From the IMG/VR virus record IMGVR_UViG_3300045988_080144: a stretch of DNA of 58,634 nucleotides; one strand, written 5' to 3'. Origin of the DNA: a virus. The position numbers and the translations under genes are program-made. How positions within the stretch are numbered: position 1 is the stretch's first letter; each line of letters starts with the position of its first letter. The notes under the pieces were generated by a model. That model saw only the letters and a list, made by a program, of their open reading frames with translations, was not told the DNA's origin and searched no databases. Positions 22,264-30,506 of the stretch are shown here, piece after piece.

Positions 22264-23670
22264 ATGCCTCAAATTGTAAACATCGCAATCGACCGTCTTT
22301 TCCCTCACGCTGACAACCCGCGCAAGGATCTCGGTGATCTGTCGGAGCTTGCCGCAAGCATCAAGGCCAGCGGCATCCTGCAGAACCTGACGGTCGTTCC
22401 GGATGAACCGGACAACTCCAATACGGACTTTACCATCATCATCGGTCACCGCCGCTATGCCGCCGCGAAGATTGCGGGCCTGACGGAGCTGCCGTGCGTG
22501 GTGGTCGAAATGTCCGAGCGCGAGCAGCTTCAGACCATGCTTGTTGAGAATATGCAGCGCAGCGATCTGACCGTCTATGAGCAGGCGCAAGGCTTCCAGA
22601 TGATGCTCAACATGGGTGATTCCGTAGCTGAGATCGCAGAAAAGTCCGGTTTTTCGCAGACCACCATCCGACGCCGCGTGAAGCTGCTCGACCTCGACCG
22701 CCAGAAATTTCAGAAAGCCGAAGCTCGTGGCGCAACACTCAATGACTATTTGGAGCTTGACAAACTGGACAGCCCCGAAGACAAGAACAAGGCGCTTGAC
22801 GCAATCGGCACGGCGAACTTCAACAGCGTTCTGAAAAGCCTGATTTCCGAGCAGGAAATCCAAAAGAAACTTGCTGAATGGACTGAAATTGCAGACAAGT
22901 TTGCATATCAGATTGAAAGAAGCGGCGAATTCAACGGTACGACGGTCAATATGGTCTACCACGCCGGCTACAGCCGCTGGGATTTGAAGAAAGAAATGAC
23001 CATACCAGAAGACGCGAGTGATGTTCGATACTTTTACAGGAAGGATTCTACCGGAATCACACTCTACAGGGAACGCCAGCAATCGCAGCAGCCAGACCCC
23101 GAAGCCGAAGCCCGCGAGGAACGGCGCCGCAGAGACGAACAGGCCGAAAATGAATTTGCGGAAGTCGCGGAGGCCCATTTTGAACTGCGCAAGGATTTCA
23201 TCAAAGAGCTTCCGAACAGCGTATTCAAACAGCACATGAAGGAAATCTCTTTGTTCTGCGTGGCAACAACAGAGTCAATCGATGGTGGCTACTGCAATTC
23301 CATCAACCCTCGGTTCTGCGCCCAGCTCCTCGGCATGAGACTTTCGCCAGACGATGAAAACGAAGATTTTTGCGACATGGGCTTTGTCCACAGCGCGGCG
23401 GAAGCCCAGCCGGAAAAGCTGATTTTCTGCTGCTGCTATTCTGCCCTCGATGACGAGGACATGAGCTACTACCGGCGCGTGTGGAACATGAACCACTACG
23501 AATATGAGCTTTGCGAAAATTCGGACTTAGATCACATCTATGAAATCCTCGAAACGCTCGGCTATGAAAAGTCAGACGATGAAGAAGAAATGGCCGAAGG
23601 TACGCACCGGCTCTTTGACACATACGGTGCGCAGCCGGACAAAACTACGGAGGATTCCGATGATGAGTGA
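22264..23670 (+). CDS. ParB/Srx-like nuclease-domain protein (468 aa)
   Basis: AAAGGAG RBS. Product IDRLFPHADNPRKDLGDL..LAASIKASGILQNLTVVP...IIIGHRRYAAAKIAG. Confidence 0.75.
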   Translation: MPQIVNIAIDRLFPHADNPRKDLGDLSELAASIKASGILQNLTVVPDEPDNSNTDFTIIIGHRRYAAAKIAGLTELPCVVVEMSEREQLQTMLVENMQRSDLTVYEQAQGFQMMLNMGDSVAEIAEKSGFSQTTIRRRVKLLDLDRQKFQKAEARGATLNDYLELDKLDSPEDKNKALDAIGTANFNSVLKSLISEQEIQKKLAEWTEIADKFAYQIERSGEFNGTTVNMVYHAGYSRWDLKKEMTIPEDASDVRYFYRKDSTGITLYRERQQSQQPDPEAEAREERRRRDEQAENEFAEVAEAHFELRKDFIKELPNSVFKQHMKEISLFCVATTESIDGGYCNSINPRFCAQLLGMRLSPDDENEDFCDMGFVHSAAEAQPEKLIFCCCYSALDDEDMSYYRRVWNMNHYEYELCENSDLDHIYEILETLGYEKSDDEEEMAEGTHRLFDTYGAQPDKTTEDSDDE

Positions 23671-23827
23671 TGTTTTGACCGAAATGTGCGTCTTGGGCGG
23701 CTGCGCCGCCCATCGCGCCATCACGGATGCCTGTAAGCATTGCGGCAATTACCGGGCCGAAATCGAGTCCTGTCAGGCACTTCCGCTGCCGGACGCACCG
23801 GAGGAAGGAGACAAGACAGATGCTTGA
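23660..23827 (+). CDS. Small Cys-rich protein (55 aa)
   Basis: ATG 23660 overlaps the ParB gene's end. Translated by hand. Confidence 0.35.
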   Translation: MMSDVLTEMCVLGGCAAHRAITDACKHCGNYRAEIESCQALPLPDAPEEGDKTDA

Positions 23828-24284
23828 TATTTGCCCAATTTCGCTTGCTGAGGCAAATACTTTTGTTTTGGAGCATCACCGCCACCACAAGCCAGTTGTA
23901 GGACACAAATTTTCCATCGGCTGCACCGATGGAGAGAAAATTGTTGGTGTTGCAATCGTCGGACGCCCCGTATCGAGATACATGGACGACGGCTGGACCT
24001 TGGAGGTAAACCGCTGCTGCACGGATGGCACGAGGAATGTATGCAGTATGCTATACGCTGCCGCATGGAGGGCCGCCCGCGCGATGGGCTATCACAAGCT
24101 GATTACATACATCCTCGATACCGAGCCGGGGACAAGCCTCAAGGCGGCTGGCTGGAAATGCGTCGGGCAGGCAGGAGGCCCGCGATGGACAGGCAAGCGC
24201 CGTCCGGAGGTCGACCTGTGCCCGGCACAGATGAAAATTCGCTTCGAGCGGGAGGAAGGAGATCAGCATGAGTCAAAAACGTGA
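23820..24284 (+). CDS. XF1762-family (GNAT-like) phage protein (tentative)
   Basis: Product ISLAEANTFVLEHHRHHKPVVGHKFSIGC..GVAIVGRPVSR..TLEVNRCCTDGTRNVCSMLY. Confidence 0.4.
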   Translation: MLDICPISLAEANTFVLEHHRHHKPVVGHKFSIGCTDGEKIVGVAIVGRPVSRYMDDGWTLEVNRCCTDGTRNVCSMLYAAAWRAARAMGYHKLITYILDTEPGTSLKAAGWKCVGQAGGPRWTGKRRPEVDLCPAQMKIRFEREEGDQHESKT

Positions 24285-24462
24285 AAAACGGAAACGCCGC
24301 GAGCGGCGCCGGGAATATGCGCTGGAACTCCGGTGCTGGCAGAACAATGAGCCGCCGAAGATTTTATTCTGGCGCTGGCGCAAATGGTATCGCTCAAAGC
24401 CGACGTTGAAGGATGGCGGACATTGGAGCGTGAAGGGCACGTGGAGGATGTTCTATGATTAA
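24268..24462 (+). CDS. Small basic protein (64 aa)
   Basis: Overlapping gene chain; Arg/Lys-rich N-terminus. Confidence 0.4.
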   Translation: MSQKREKRKRRERRREYALELRCWQNNEPPKILFWRWRKWYRSKPTLKDGGHWSVKGTWRMFYD

Positions 24463-24775
24463 GACGCTTCTACTCGGAATCGGAGCTATAGGACTCGGCC
24501 TTACTCTCGCGACTCTGCTCATCTTCACCTACATAGGGATTCGGGAGCTTATTTTCGAATTGCGGATGAAAAAGGTTATGCGCTTTCTCGATACGCCAGA
24601 GGGCAAGCAGAAACTCGAAGATCTTTCAGACGCAGTTAGCCGAGAAACCGGCTTGCCGAAGTGGGCGCTTTTCTGCGGAGCCGATGAGTTTGGCAACATC
24701 ATCGTTTCGCCAAGATCACCTGATGCTCATATCAAGCAACACGAAATGGAGGATGAAAACAATGGCCGCTTGTAA
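24455..24775 (+). CDS. Membrane-anchored protein (106 aa)
   Basis: N-terminal TM segment LLLGIGAIGLGLTLATLLIFTYIGI. Confidence 0.5.
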   Translation: MIKTLLLGIGAIGLGLTLATLLIFTYIGIRELIFELRMKKVMRFLDTPEGKQKLEDLSDAVSRETGLPKWALFCGADEFGNIIVSPRSPDAHIKQHEMEDENNGRL

Positions 24776-25019
24776 AGCGTGTATGGCTGCGCTCGTCTGG
24801 ATTAAGACAGCAGCCGGGAAATCCATCCCCTGCGATGCTACCCCGCGCTACTACATCGAAAAGCCGCGCGTCGGCAGCAAGAAAATCGTCACCCCAAACG
24901 GGCAAGTGCTTTCGTGCGAATACACGGAAGACCCGGCCAAAGCAACCGGCGTGGGCTATGTGCCGCATTGGGCCACCTGCCCCTATGCTAGACAGTTCAG
25001 GAGGAAGCAGAATGGATAA
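24762..25019 (+). CDS. Small Cys-containing phage protein (85 aa)
   Basis: GGAGG precedes ATG 24762. Product CKAC...PHWATCP. Confidence 0.45.
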   Translation: MAACKACMAALVWIKTAAGKSIPCDATPRYYIEKPRVGSKKIVTPNGQVLSCEYTEDPAKATGVGYVPHWATCPYARQFRRKQNG

Positions 25020-25476
25020 GCTCACATGGTACGACAACGACGGCGGTATTATGTGCCGTCGCGGGTATGAGGCTGCATTGGCGCGGCTGGCTTCTTACGA
25101 AGCTACGGGGCTGACACCGGAGCAGGTGGTGAACGCCAAAACCATTATAGAATCCGCTTTCGCGGATGATACATCGAAAGCCGAACGAATCAGAAAGCTG
25201 CTGGCCGCTGATAAAGAGGACCGTGTTATGATCCTGCCGTGCAAGGTTGGGGATGCGGTGTGGTTTGCGCGATCTGCATATAGGCAGGTAGACAACCCAA
25301 TAGAGGCCACAGTGACGGGGTTCGCAAGCTACGGCACGACCGGCGAGCTTATATTTACAACGATGACTGTAGAAGGTCAGATAACGAGAAGATTTCTGGA
25401 ACATCAAATCGGCAAAACCGCATTTCTCAGCTTAGAAGAAGCCGAGCGGGCTTTGGAGGAACTGAAAAATGTCTAA
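25012..25476 (+). CDS. Hypothetical protein (154 aa)
   Basis: GGAGG RBS precedes ATG 25012. Confidence 0.5.
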   Translation: MDKLTWYDNDGGIMCRRGYEAALARLASYEATGLTPEQVVNAKTIIESAFADDTSKAERIRKLLAADKEDRVMILPCKVGDAVWFARSAYRQVDNPIEATVTGFASYGTTGELIFTTMTVEGQITRRFLEHQIGKTAFLSLEEAERALEELKNV

Positions 25477-25663
25477 GCCGAAAAAGCTGGGTATGCCAGC
25501 CGCCTATACCTCGAACGCCAGAGCTGATTTCCTGCGCCGCCCAAAATCGGCGGAACGTCGGAAATGGACTGTCGCAAGCGACGATCGACTGGCGCGTATG
25601 GAACAGAAACAGATGGAACGTGAAAAGGAGACTATGAACTATGACCAGAAAACGCGCAGTTAA
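25469..25663 (+). CDS. Small basic protein (64 aa)
   Basis: Overlaps neighbours in the gene chain. Confidence 0.4.
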   Translation: MSKPKKLGMPAAYTSNARADFLRRPKSAERRKWTVASDDRLARMEQKQMEREKETMNYDQKTRS

Positions 25664-25886
25664 GCTGCTGATGGCTCGCGGATATAGCCGCAACCGCGCA
25701 AACGGGCTGATGCGGAACAAGACACCCGGCGACAGCAATTTCCAAGCATACAACGCATATCTGCGTTGCGAGAGAATCTGCGATGCATTTGACCGGCTCT
25801 CAGGCTGCTTTTACAATTATGGTGCTTCTGCGGACGTTCTTGCCAAAGCTCTTTTCTCTTTTGGCAAGTCTTTGACCGGGAGGTGA
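25641..25886 (+). CDS. Hypothetical protein, paralog A (81 aa)
   Basis: The N-terminus MTRKRAVKLLMARGYSRNRANGLM is shared with 25891..26205. Confidence 0.5.
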   Translation: MTRKRAVKLLMARGYSRNRANGLMRNKTPGDSNFQAYNAYLRCERICDAFDRLSGCFYNYGASADVLAKALFSFGKSLTGR

Positions 25887-25890
25887 CGGC

Positions 25891-26205
25891 ATGAAGCGAA
25901 AAAGAGCGTTAAAGATACTGATGGGCGCTGGCATGAGTAGAAACGACGCCATCCGGTTCATCCGAGAACCTTTTGCAGTTGAGAATGATGCCAAAGTCTT
26001 CGTTGGCCTATACAGAATGGCTGTCAGAAAATCTCACGTGCATATCATGGCCGATGGCGACAAAACGTTCATTCGTTTCATTCCGAAGAACAAGCAGCCA
26101 CGTTGCTACTTCAACACGCACCTCGAATGCCCCACAGACCGCGTTTGCACGATTTGCCGAAATCTCAATTCCCAAGGTAGGGGGTATTGCGATGCCGAGG
26201 ATTGA
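25891..26205 (+). CDS. Hypothetical protein, paralog B (104 aa)
   Basis: N-terminus MKRKRALKILMGAGMSRNDAIRFI. Confidence 0.5.
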   Translation: MKRKRALKILMGAGMSRNDAIRFIREPFAVENDAKVFVGLYRMAVRKSHVHIMADGDKTFIRFIPKNKQPRCYFNTHLECPTDRVCTICRNLNSQGRGYCDAED

Positions 26206-26377
26206 TGAATTGACCTGCCGGTTTTGCGGTGCGGACAGCCGCTGCAAGGTCGAGGAAGTATATCCGCGTCCAAGAACACCGCCCATGTTTTGCGTCAGGT
26301 GTTATAATTGCGGTAGAGCGGGTACACCGAAAGGCACAAAGAAAACCGCAATCCGGGCTTGGAAAAAAGCAAAGTAA
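26192..26377 (+). CDS. Lar-like restriction-alleviation zinc-ribbon protein (61 aa)
   Basis: Product LTCRFCGA...VRCYNCGRAG...AIRAWKKAK parallels Rac Lar CPFCG...CNGC...ALERWNKR. Confidence 0.45.
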   Translation: MPRIDELTCRFCGADSRCKVEEVYPRPRTPPMFCVRCYNCGRAGTPKGTKKTAIRAWKKAK

Positions 26378-26398
26378 CGATGGAAAGGGGCGGCACAC

Positions 26399-26821
26399 AT
26401 GACTCTGGCGGAACTGAATGGGCATCTTGATCTTGTCCAGCAGCTTCAGAAAACAGAAGAATTGATTCAGGGCTTGTGGAATGCTGCCGTTCCTGGGGCG
26501 CAGAAGCTGGATGGAATGCCACACGCCTCCGGCGTCAATGACAAGGTCGGCGTCCTCGGCGCGGAGATCGCGGACATGGAGACGCAGCGCGACGCGCTGA
26601 AAGAACAGATTGCCAGAAGCGAGGAAACGATCGCTGTCTGGATCGCCGGAATCGAGGATAACACCACACGCCTTGTATTCCGGCTGCGTTTCATCCGAGG
26701 CATGCCGTGGAAGGTAGTTGCAAGTGTGCTTGGTGGGCGAAATTCCGAGGATGGCGTCAAGTCCATATGTTATCGCTTCCTCGGAACTTGCCCCGCCATG
26801 ACGCGCGCTGACGCGCTGTGA
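26399..26821 (+). CDS. ArpU/RinA/DUF1492-type late-gene transcriptional activator (sigma-70 region-4-like)
   Basis: Size and position upstream of the packaging genes fit this class. The C-terminus RLVFRLRFIRGMPWKVVASVLG is HTH-like. Confidence 0.5.
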   Translation: MTLAELNGHLDLVQQLQKTEELIQGLWNAAVPGAQKLDGMPHASGVNDKVGVLGAEIADMETQRDALKEQIARSEETIAVWIAGIEDNTTRLVFRLRFIRGMPWKVVASVLGGRNSEDGVKSICYRFLGTCPAMTRADAL

Positions 26822-26882
26822 CGCTTGCAATCACCCCTAAGATGTGATTTCATGTAAACTGTAAAATTCCAAATCAAGCCGG

Positions 26883-26917
26883 GCGGCGCTCCTGATCGGG
26901 GCGCTGCTCATTTTATT
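26883..26917 (+). terminator. Rho-independent terminator candidate
   Basis: gcggcgctcc / ggggcgctgc form a 10-bp stem (two G-U pairs) with loop tgatc, followed by tcattttatt. Confidence 0.5.
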
Positions 26918-27027
26918 CGGAAGGAGGGCTTGCCTCCACGATGCTCCTTGCGTGGAGGATGGCTCGGACCTGCGGCGTATCGCCAACGCTGCCGGCTGCG
27001 GGTACATCGAAAAAAGGAGGAAACCCT

Positions 27028-27042
27028 ATGTTGCTCACATGA
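27028..27042 (+). CDS. Leader mini-ORF MLLT* coupled to the PAPS-reductase gene
   Basis: AGGAGG 27015-27020 lies 7 nt before ATG 27028. Its TGA (27040-27042) overlaps ATG 27039 as ATGA. Confidence 0.3.
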   Translation: MLLT

Positions 27043-28181
27043 GCGGCGCGGGGTCAGCAGCAATGATCTACTTGCAAAACAACGTATTCGATGAAGCATT
27101 GGAACGGCTGCGGATGATCTTCGACGGCCACGACGATGTGATCGTCAGCATGTCCGGCGGCAAGGACAGTACAGTTCTTTTCCGCATGGCGCTTATGGTT
27201 GCGCAGGAGCGCGGGCGTCTGCCGCTCAAGGTATTCTGGCTCGATCAGGAAGCTGAGTGGCAAGCGACGGTGGACTATATGCAGCACATCATGGAGCTGC
27301 CCGAAGTCACGCCGTACTGGTATCAGATCCCCTTTGAATTCACAAACACGCTCTCCCCAGAGAAGAATTTCATCAGTGTTTGGAATCCGGAGGACAAAGC
27401 GATCTGGATTCACCCGCAGCACCCGCTCTCCATCAAGGAAAACCCCAGCAGCGAAAACCGATTCCATGAGCTTGTCAACGTCCTCCCGTCTTACTGCACC
27501 GATTCTGAGAATTGTGCCGTGCTGGTGGGAATGCGCATGACGGAAAGCCTGAACCGGCGCGTTGCTATCACGCAGCATGAAGCCCGATACAAAGGCGTGA
27601 CGTGGTGCAAGAAGAAAGTTGGCAGGTGTCAGGTGTTCTGGCCGATCTACGATTTCACCAACGATGACATCTGGACAGCCATTGCCAAGAATCACTGGGC
27701 GTATAATCGCGTCTACGATCTGCAATACCAGTGGGGCTTGGCCAAGGAGGCCATGCGCGTCTCAGCGCTCATCCACGAAACCGCCTGGCACTCGATTGAA
27801 ATGCTGCAGGAGTTTGAGCCGGACACCTACAACAAGTTCATCCGTCGCGTATCTGGCGTCGGTACATTCGCCCATACCTTTGACAGCGGCGACATCATCC
27901 CGCGCCAGCTCCCCTTTGCGTTCCGTTCGTGGCAGGAATACCGCGACTATCTGCTTGCCAATATCGTGAAGCCCGAATACCACGAGCTGTTCCGAAACCG
28001 CTGGAAGAATCAGACCGGAGACGAATGGTATCGTGTCCATGTCAAAGAGATCGTCCTGAATGATATTGATGGCACGAACAACGCGAATGCCCGCTCCCGT
28101 TTCCGCATCCGGGAAAAGGCTCCCACCTATCGCAAACGCGACGCCGCGCAGTTTGAGCAATATATGGGCAGCAAGAAATGA
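27039..28181 (+). CDS. PAPS-reductase/PP-loop ATPase family protein, IbrA/DndC-like
   Basis: PP-loop VSMSGGKDS; C-terminal IbrA-like region WTAIAKNHWAYNRVYD. The start is ambiguous (27039 or 27063). Confidence 0.75.
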   Translation: MSGAGSAAMIYLQNNVFDEALERLRMIFDGHDDVIVSMSGGKDSTVLFRMALMVAQERGRLPLKVFWLDQEAEWQATVDYMQHIMELPEVTPYWYQIPFEFTNTLSPEKNFISVWNPEDKAIWIHPQHPLSIKENPSSENRFHELVNVLPSYCTDSENCAVLVGMRMTESLNRRVAITQHEARYKGVTWCKKKVGRCQVFWPIYDFTNDDIWTAIAKNHWAYNRVYDLQYQWGLAKEAMRVSALIHETAWHSIEMLQEFEPDTYNKFIRRVSGVGTFAHTFDSGDIIPRQLPFAFRSWQEYRDYLLANIVKPEYHELFRNRWKNQTGDEWYRVHVKEIVLNDIDGTNNANARSRFRIREKAPTYRKRDAAQFEQYMGSKK

Positions 28182-28750
28182 TTTCAGATCAGCCCATTCA
28201 TCAGGTCGAGTGGATACCCATTGAAAAGGTCCACGCAAACGACTACAACCCCAACAGTGTTGCCACGCAGGAGATGAAGCTGCTTTATCGCTCCGTCAAA
28301 GCGGATGGCTACACGCAGCCCGTCGTTACCATCTACGACGAAAAGAAAGACCGGTATGTTATCGTCGACGGCTTCCACCGATACAGCATCATGCGCAGAT
28401 TCAAAGACATCTACGCTTCATGCGAGGGGAAGCTGCCCTGTGTTGTGCTTCATGGCAAGACCATGAATGATCTCATGGCCTCGACCGTTCGGCACAACCG
28501 CGCCAGAGGCAAGCACTCCATTAACGGTATGTCCAATATCGTCATGGAAATGCTGATGAACGGCGCGACCGACCTGCAGGTCTGCAATGAGCTTGGCCTA
28601 GAACCGGAAGAGCTGGTGCGCCTCAAGCACATCACCGGATATGCGAAGCTCTACGAAAACAATTCATTCACACGCGCTGCGATCTCCGAGAATCAGGCGC
28701 GTCAGCTTCAGAAGTATCGAAAGGAGGCTGGCGCTGATGGAGATTGTTAA
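28178..28750 (+). CDS. ParB-like domain protein, IbrB/DndB-like
   Basis: Product IPIEKVHANDYNPN...YVIVDGFHRY...RHNRARGKH. ATGA overlap with the upstream gene. Confidence 0.7.
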   Translation: MISDQPIHQVEWIPIEKVHANDYNPNSVATQEMKLLYRSVKADGYTQPVVTIYDEKKDRYVIVDGFHRYSIMRRFKDIYASCEGKLPCVVLHGKTMNDLMASTVRHNRARGKHSINGMSNIVMEMLMNGATDLQVCNELGLEPEELVRLKHITGYAKLYENNSFTRAAISENQARQLQKYRKEAGADGDC

Positions 28751-29396
28751 TCAGATCGTGATGAAGAAGATTTCCGAGGTCAAGCCCTATGTCCGCAATC
28801 CCCGGAAAAACGATAAGACGGTCAACCTGCTTGTCGAGATCATTCCGAAGGTTGGCTTCAACGTGCCGCTGGTCATCGACCGCAACAGTATCATCGTCAA
28901 AGGTCATGCCCGTTATGCTGCCGCCATTCGGCTCGGCATGGAGGAAATACCCTGCGTCGTAACAGACGCCGACGAAGAAACGATCAAGCTCGACCGTCTG
29001 GCCGACAACCGCATTTCCGAATTCTCCGAGTGGATCAACGACGAGCTGCTCCACGAGATCGATATGCTCAACCTTGACTTTGACTTCGATCTCGAATCCC
29101 TTGGCTTCCCTGCTCCCAGCGACGATTTTGACGCCGATGCTCTTTTCGATGACGGGGTGGTCGGTGAATCCGAAGAGGACCGCCGTGCCAGATACCAAGC
29201 CTATCTGGATAACGCCGCAAAGGAAGAAGCGCAGAATGCTGCAATCACCACGCAGGAGCAGGTAGACCGCGCCAAAGCGTCCGCTCTGAGCGTAGCCGAG
29301 AAGCCGCCCAAGTATGCCAAGGTCGTTTGTGAGCATTGCGGCCACGTCATGTTCATCAAGGAGGGCGATGCAGTTTTCTCCGTAGAACAATCGTAG
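28737..29396 (+). CDS. ParB-like nuclease-domain protein with C-terminal zinc ribbon (219 aa)
   Basis: Product ISEVKPYVRNPRKNDK...IIVKGHARYAAAIRLGMEEIPCVV; the C-terminus carries CEHCGH. Confidence 0.7.
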   Translation: MEIVNQIVMKKISEVKPYVRNPRKNDKTVNLLVEIIPKVGFNVPLVIDRNSIIVKGHARYAAAIRLGMEEIPCVVTDADEETIKLDRLADNRISEFSEWINDELLHEIDMLNLDFDFDLESLGFPAPSDDFDADALFDDGVVGESEEDRRARYQAYLDNAAKEEAQNAAITTQEQVDRAKASALSVAEKPPKYAKVVCEHCGHVMFIKEGDAVFSVEQS

Positions 29397-29477
29397 CCAC
29401 CGGTAATTATTCATAAGGGCTGGGTGGGTATGCAGCCAATCCCCTGTCAAATCCGTACCGATGTGAGGCGATAAACG

Positions 29478-29651
29478 ATGCAAGAACAAGAGAAGATTCC
29501 TGTCTGGGTGCAGATCGTCAATGGAAAGACGGTGTGCATCTGCCATCGAGGGCGCAAAGGCTGCAAGAAGCCCTGCGAGAAGGACGTTGTCACGCGCGAT
29601 AAGTTTGCTGGGTGGCTGGGTATCATGCGTCGTGATCGATTCGGCCGCTGA
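29478..29651 (+). CDS. Small Cys-rich protein (57 aa)
   Basis: GAGG RBS precedes ATG 29478. Product KTVCICHRGRKGCKKPCEKD. Translated by hand; not in the track. Confidence 0.4.
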   Translation: MQEQEKIPVWVQIVNGKTVCICHRGRKGCKKPCEKDVVTRDKFAGWLGIMRRDRFGR

Positions 29652-29939
29652 AAAGGTACTGTCGGGAGGGGGCGGCATCTGTTGCGGGCTCGACGACCCC
29701 ATTTTTCGCCTAGTTAGTTTCCTGTTTTTCTGGTAATTTCGTTACGATTACCGCTGGAATGTGCGCAGGTATCGACGCAGATACCGCGCATTTTTCATAC
29801 CACAGCGCGGGTGAGGCATACCGCGCTGACCTCCTAAGTTCATATGACCACATCGGGGTAAGGGTCACGCCCGTGCAGCACGGGTGCTGCGGTGAAATTC
29901 CGCTGAGCCCCCTCGAAAAAAACGAAAGGAGCTTGCTAT
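29652..29939 (+). other. Highly structured non-coding region upstream of terS (cos and/or regulatory leader candidate)
   Basis: No credible ORF. Hairpins or palindromes at 29732-29752, 29762-29790 (followed by T5), 29802-29827 and 29868-29890. Confidence 0.35.
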
Positions 29940-30506
29940 ATGGCTGAAACGAGACTCAAGATTGATGCCGAAGCTGAAATCAGCACGACAGAGCTGGCCG
30001 CGATCCTCGGCGTGACGGCGCGGCGTGTGCAGCAGATGGCGCAGGACGGAACAATCGTTCCGGTGCGACGCGGCTACTTCCAGCTCGGCGACGCGGTTCA
30101 GCGATATATCAATTTCCTTTCCAAACCGCAGATCAGCGAGGCCGAGCAGAAGCTGGAAACAGCGAAGCGGCAGTCCGAAGCGCAGCTCAAGCTCTCCAAA
30201 GCTCAGCTTGCGAAGATGGAGGTCGAGGAGCTGAAAGGCAAGCTGCACCGCTCGGAAGATGTGGAGGGCTTCACGGAAGATCTAATTTACACCATCCGCG
30301 CTGCGCTGCTGTCGCTTCCGGGGCGGCTGTCGGTTGACGTCACCGCCGCGCAAAGCCCGGCTGAGGCTGCCGAGATCATCCGCAAGGAAGTCCATAAGGT
30401 CATGCGCGAGCTGGCTGCGCATCACTACGATCCTGAGAAATACGCCGAGAAAGTAAACGAGCGGCGCGACTGGAGCAATGCGGGGCGCAGCTATGACGAA
30501 GAATGA
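29940..30506 (+). CDS. Terminase small subunit, Nu1-like HTH
   Basis: Product ISTTELAAILGVTARRVQQMAQDGTIVPVRRGYFQLGDAVQRYINFL. Lies directly upstream of the GpA-type large subunit. Confidence 0.75.
   Translation: MAETRLKIDAEAEISTTELAAILGVTARRVQQMAQDGTIVPVRRGYFQLGDAVQRYINFLSKPQISEAEQKLETAKRQSEAQLKLSKAQLAKMEVEELKGKLHRSEDVEGFTEDLIYTIRAALLSLPGRLSVDVTAAQSPAEAAEIIRKEVHKVMRELAAHHYDPEKYAEKVNERRDWSNAGRSYDEE

Noticed and set aside
29521-29736. 71-aa + strand ORF in the pre-terminase region
   Set aside because: It has no RBS and improbable composition. The adjacent 29478..29651 frame has an RBS and a Cys-rich, zinc-ribbon-like product and was preferred.
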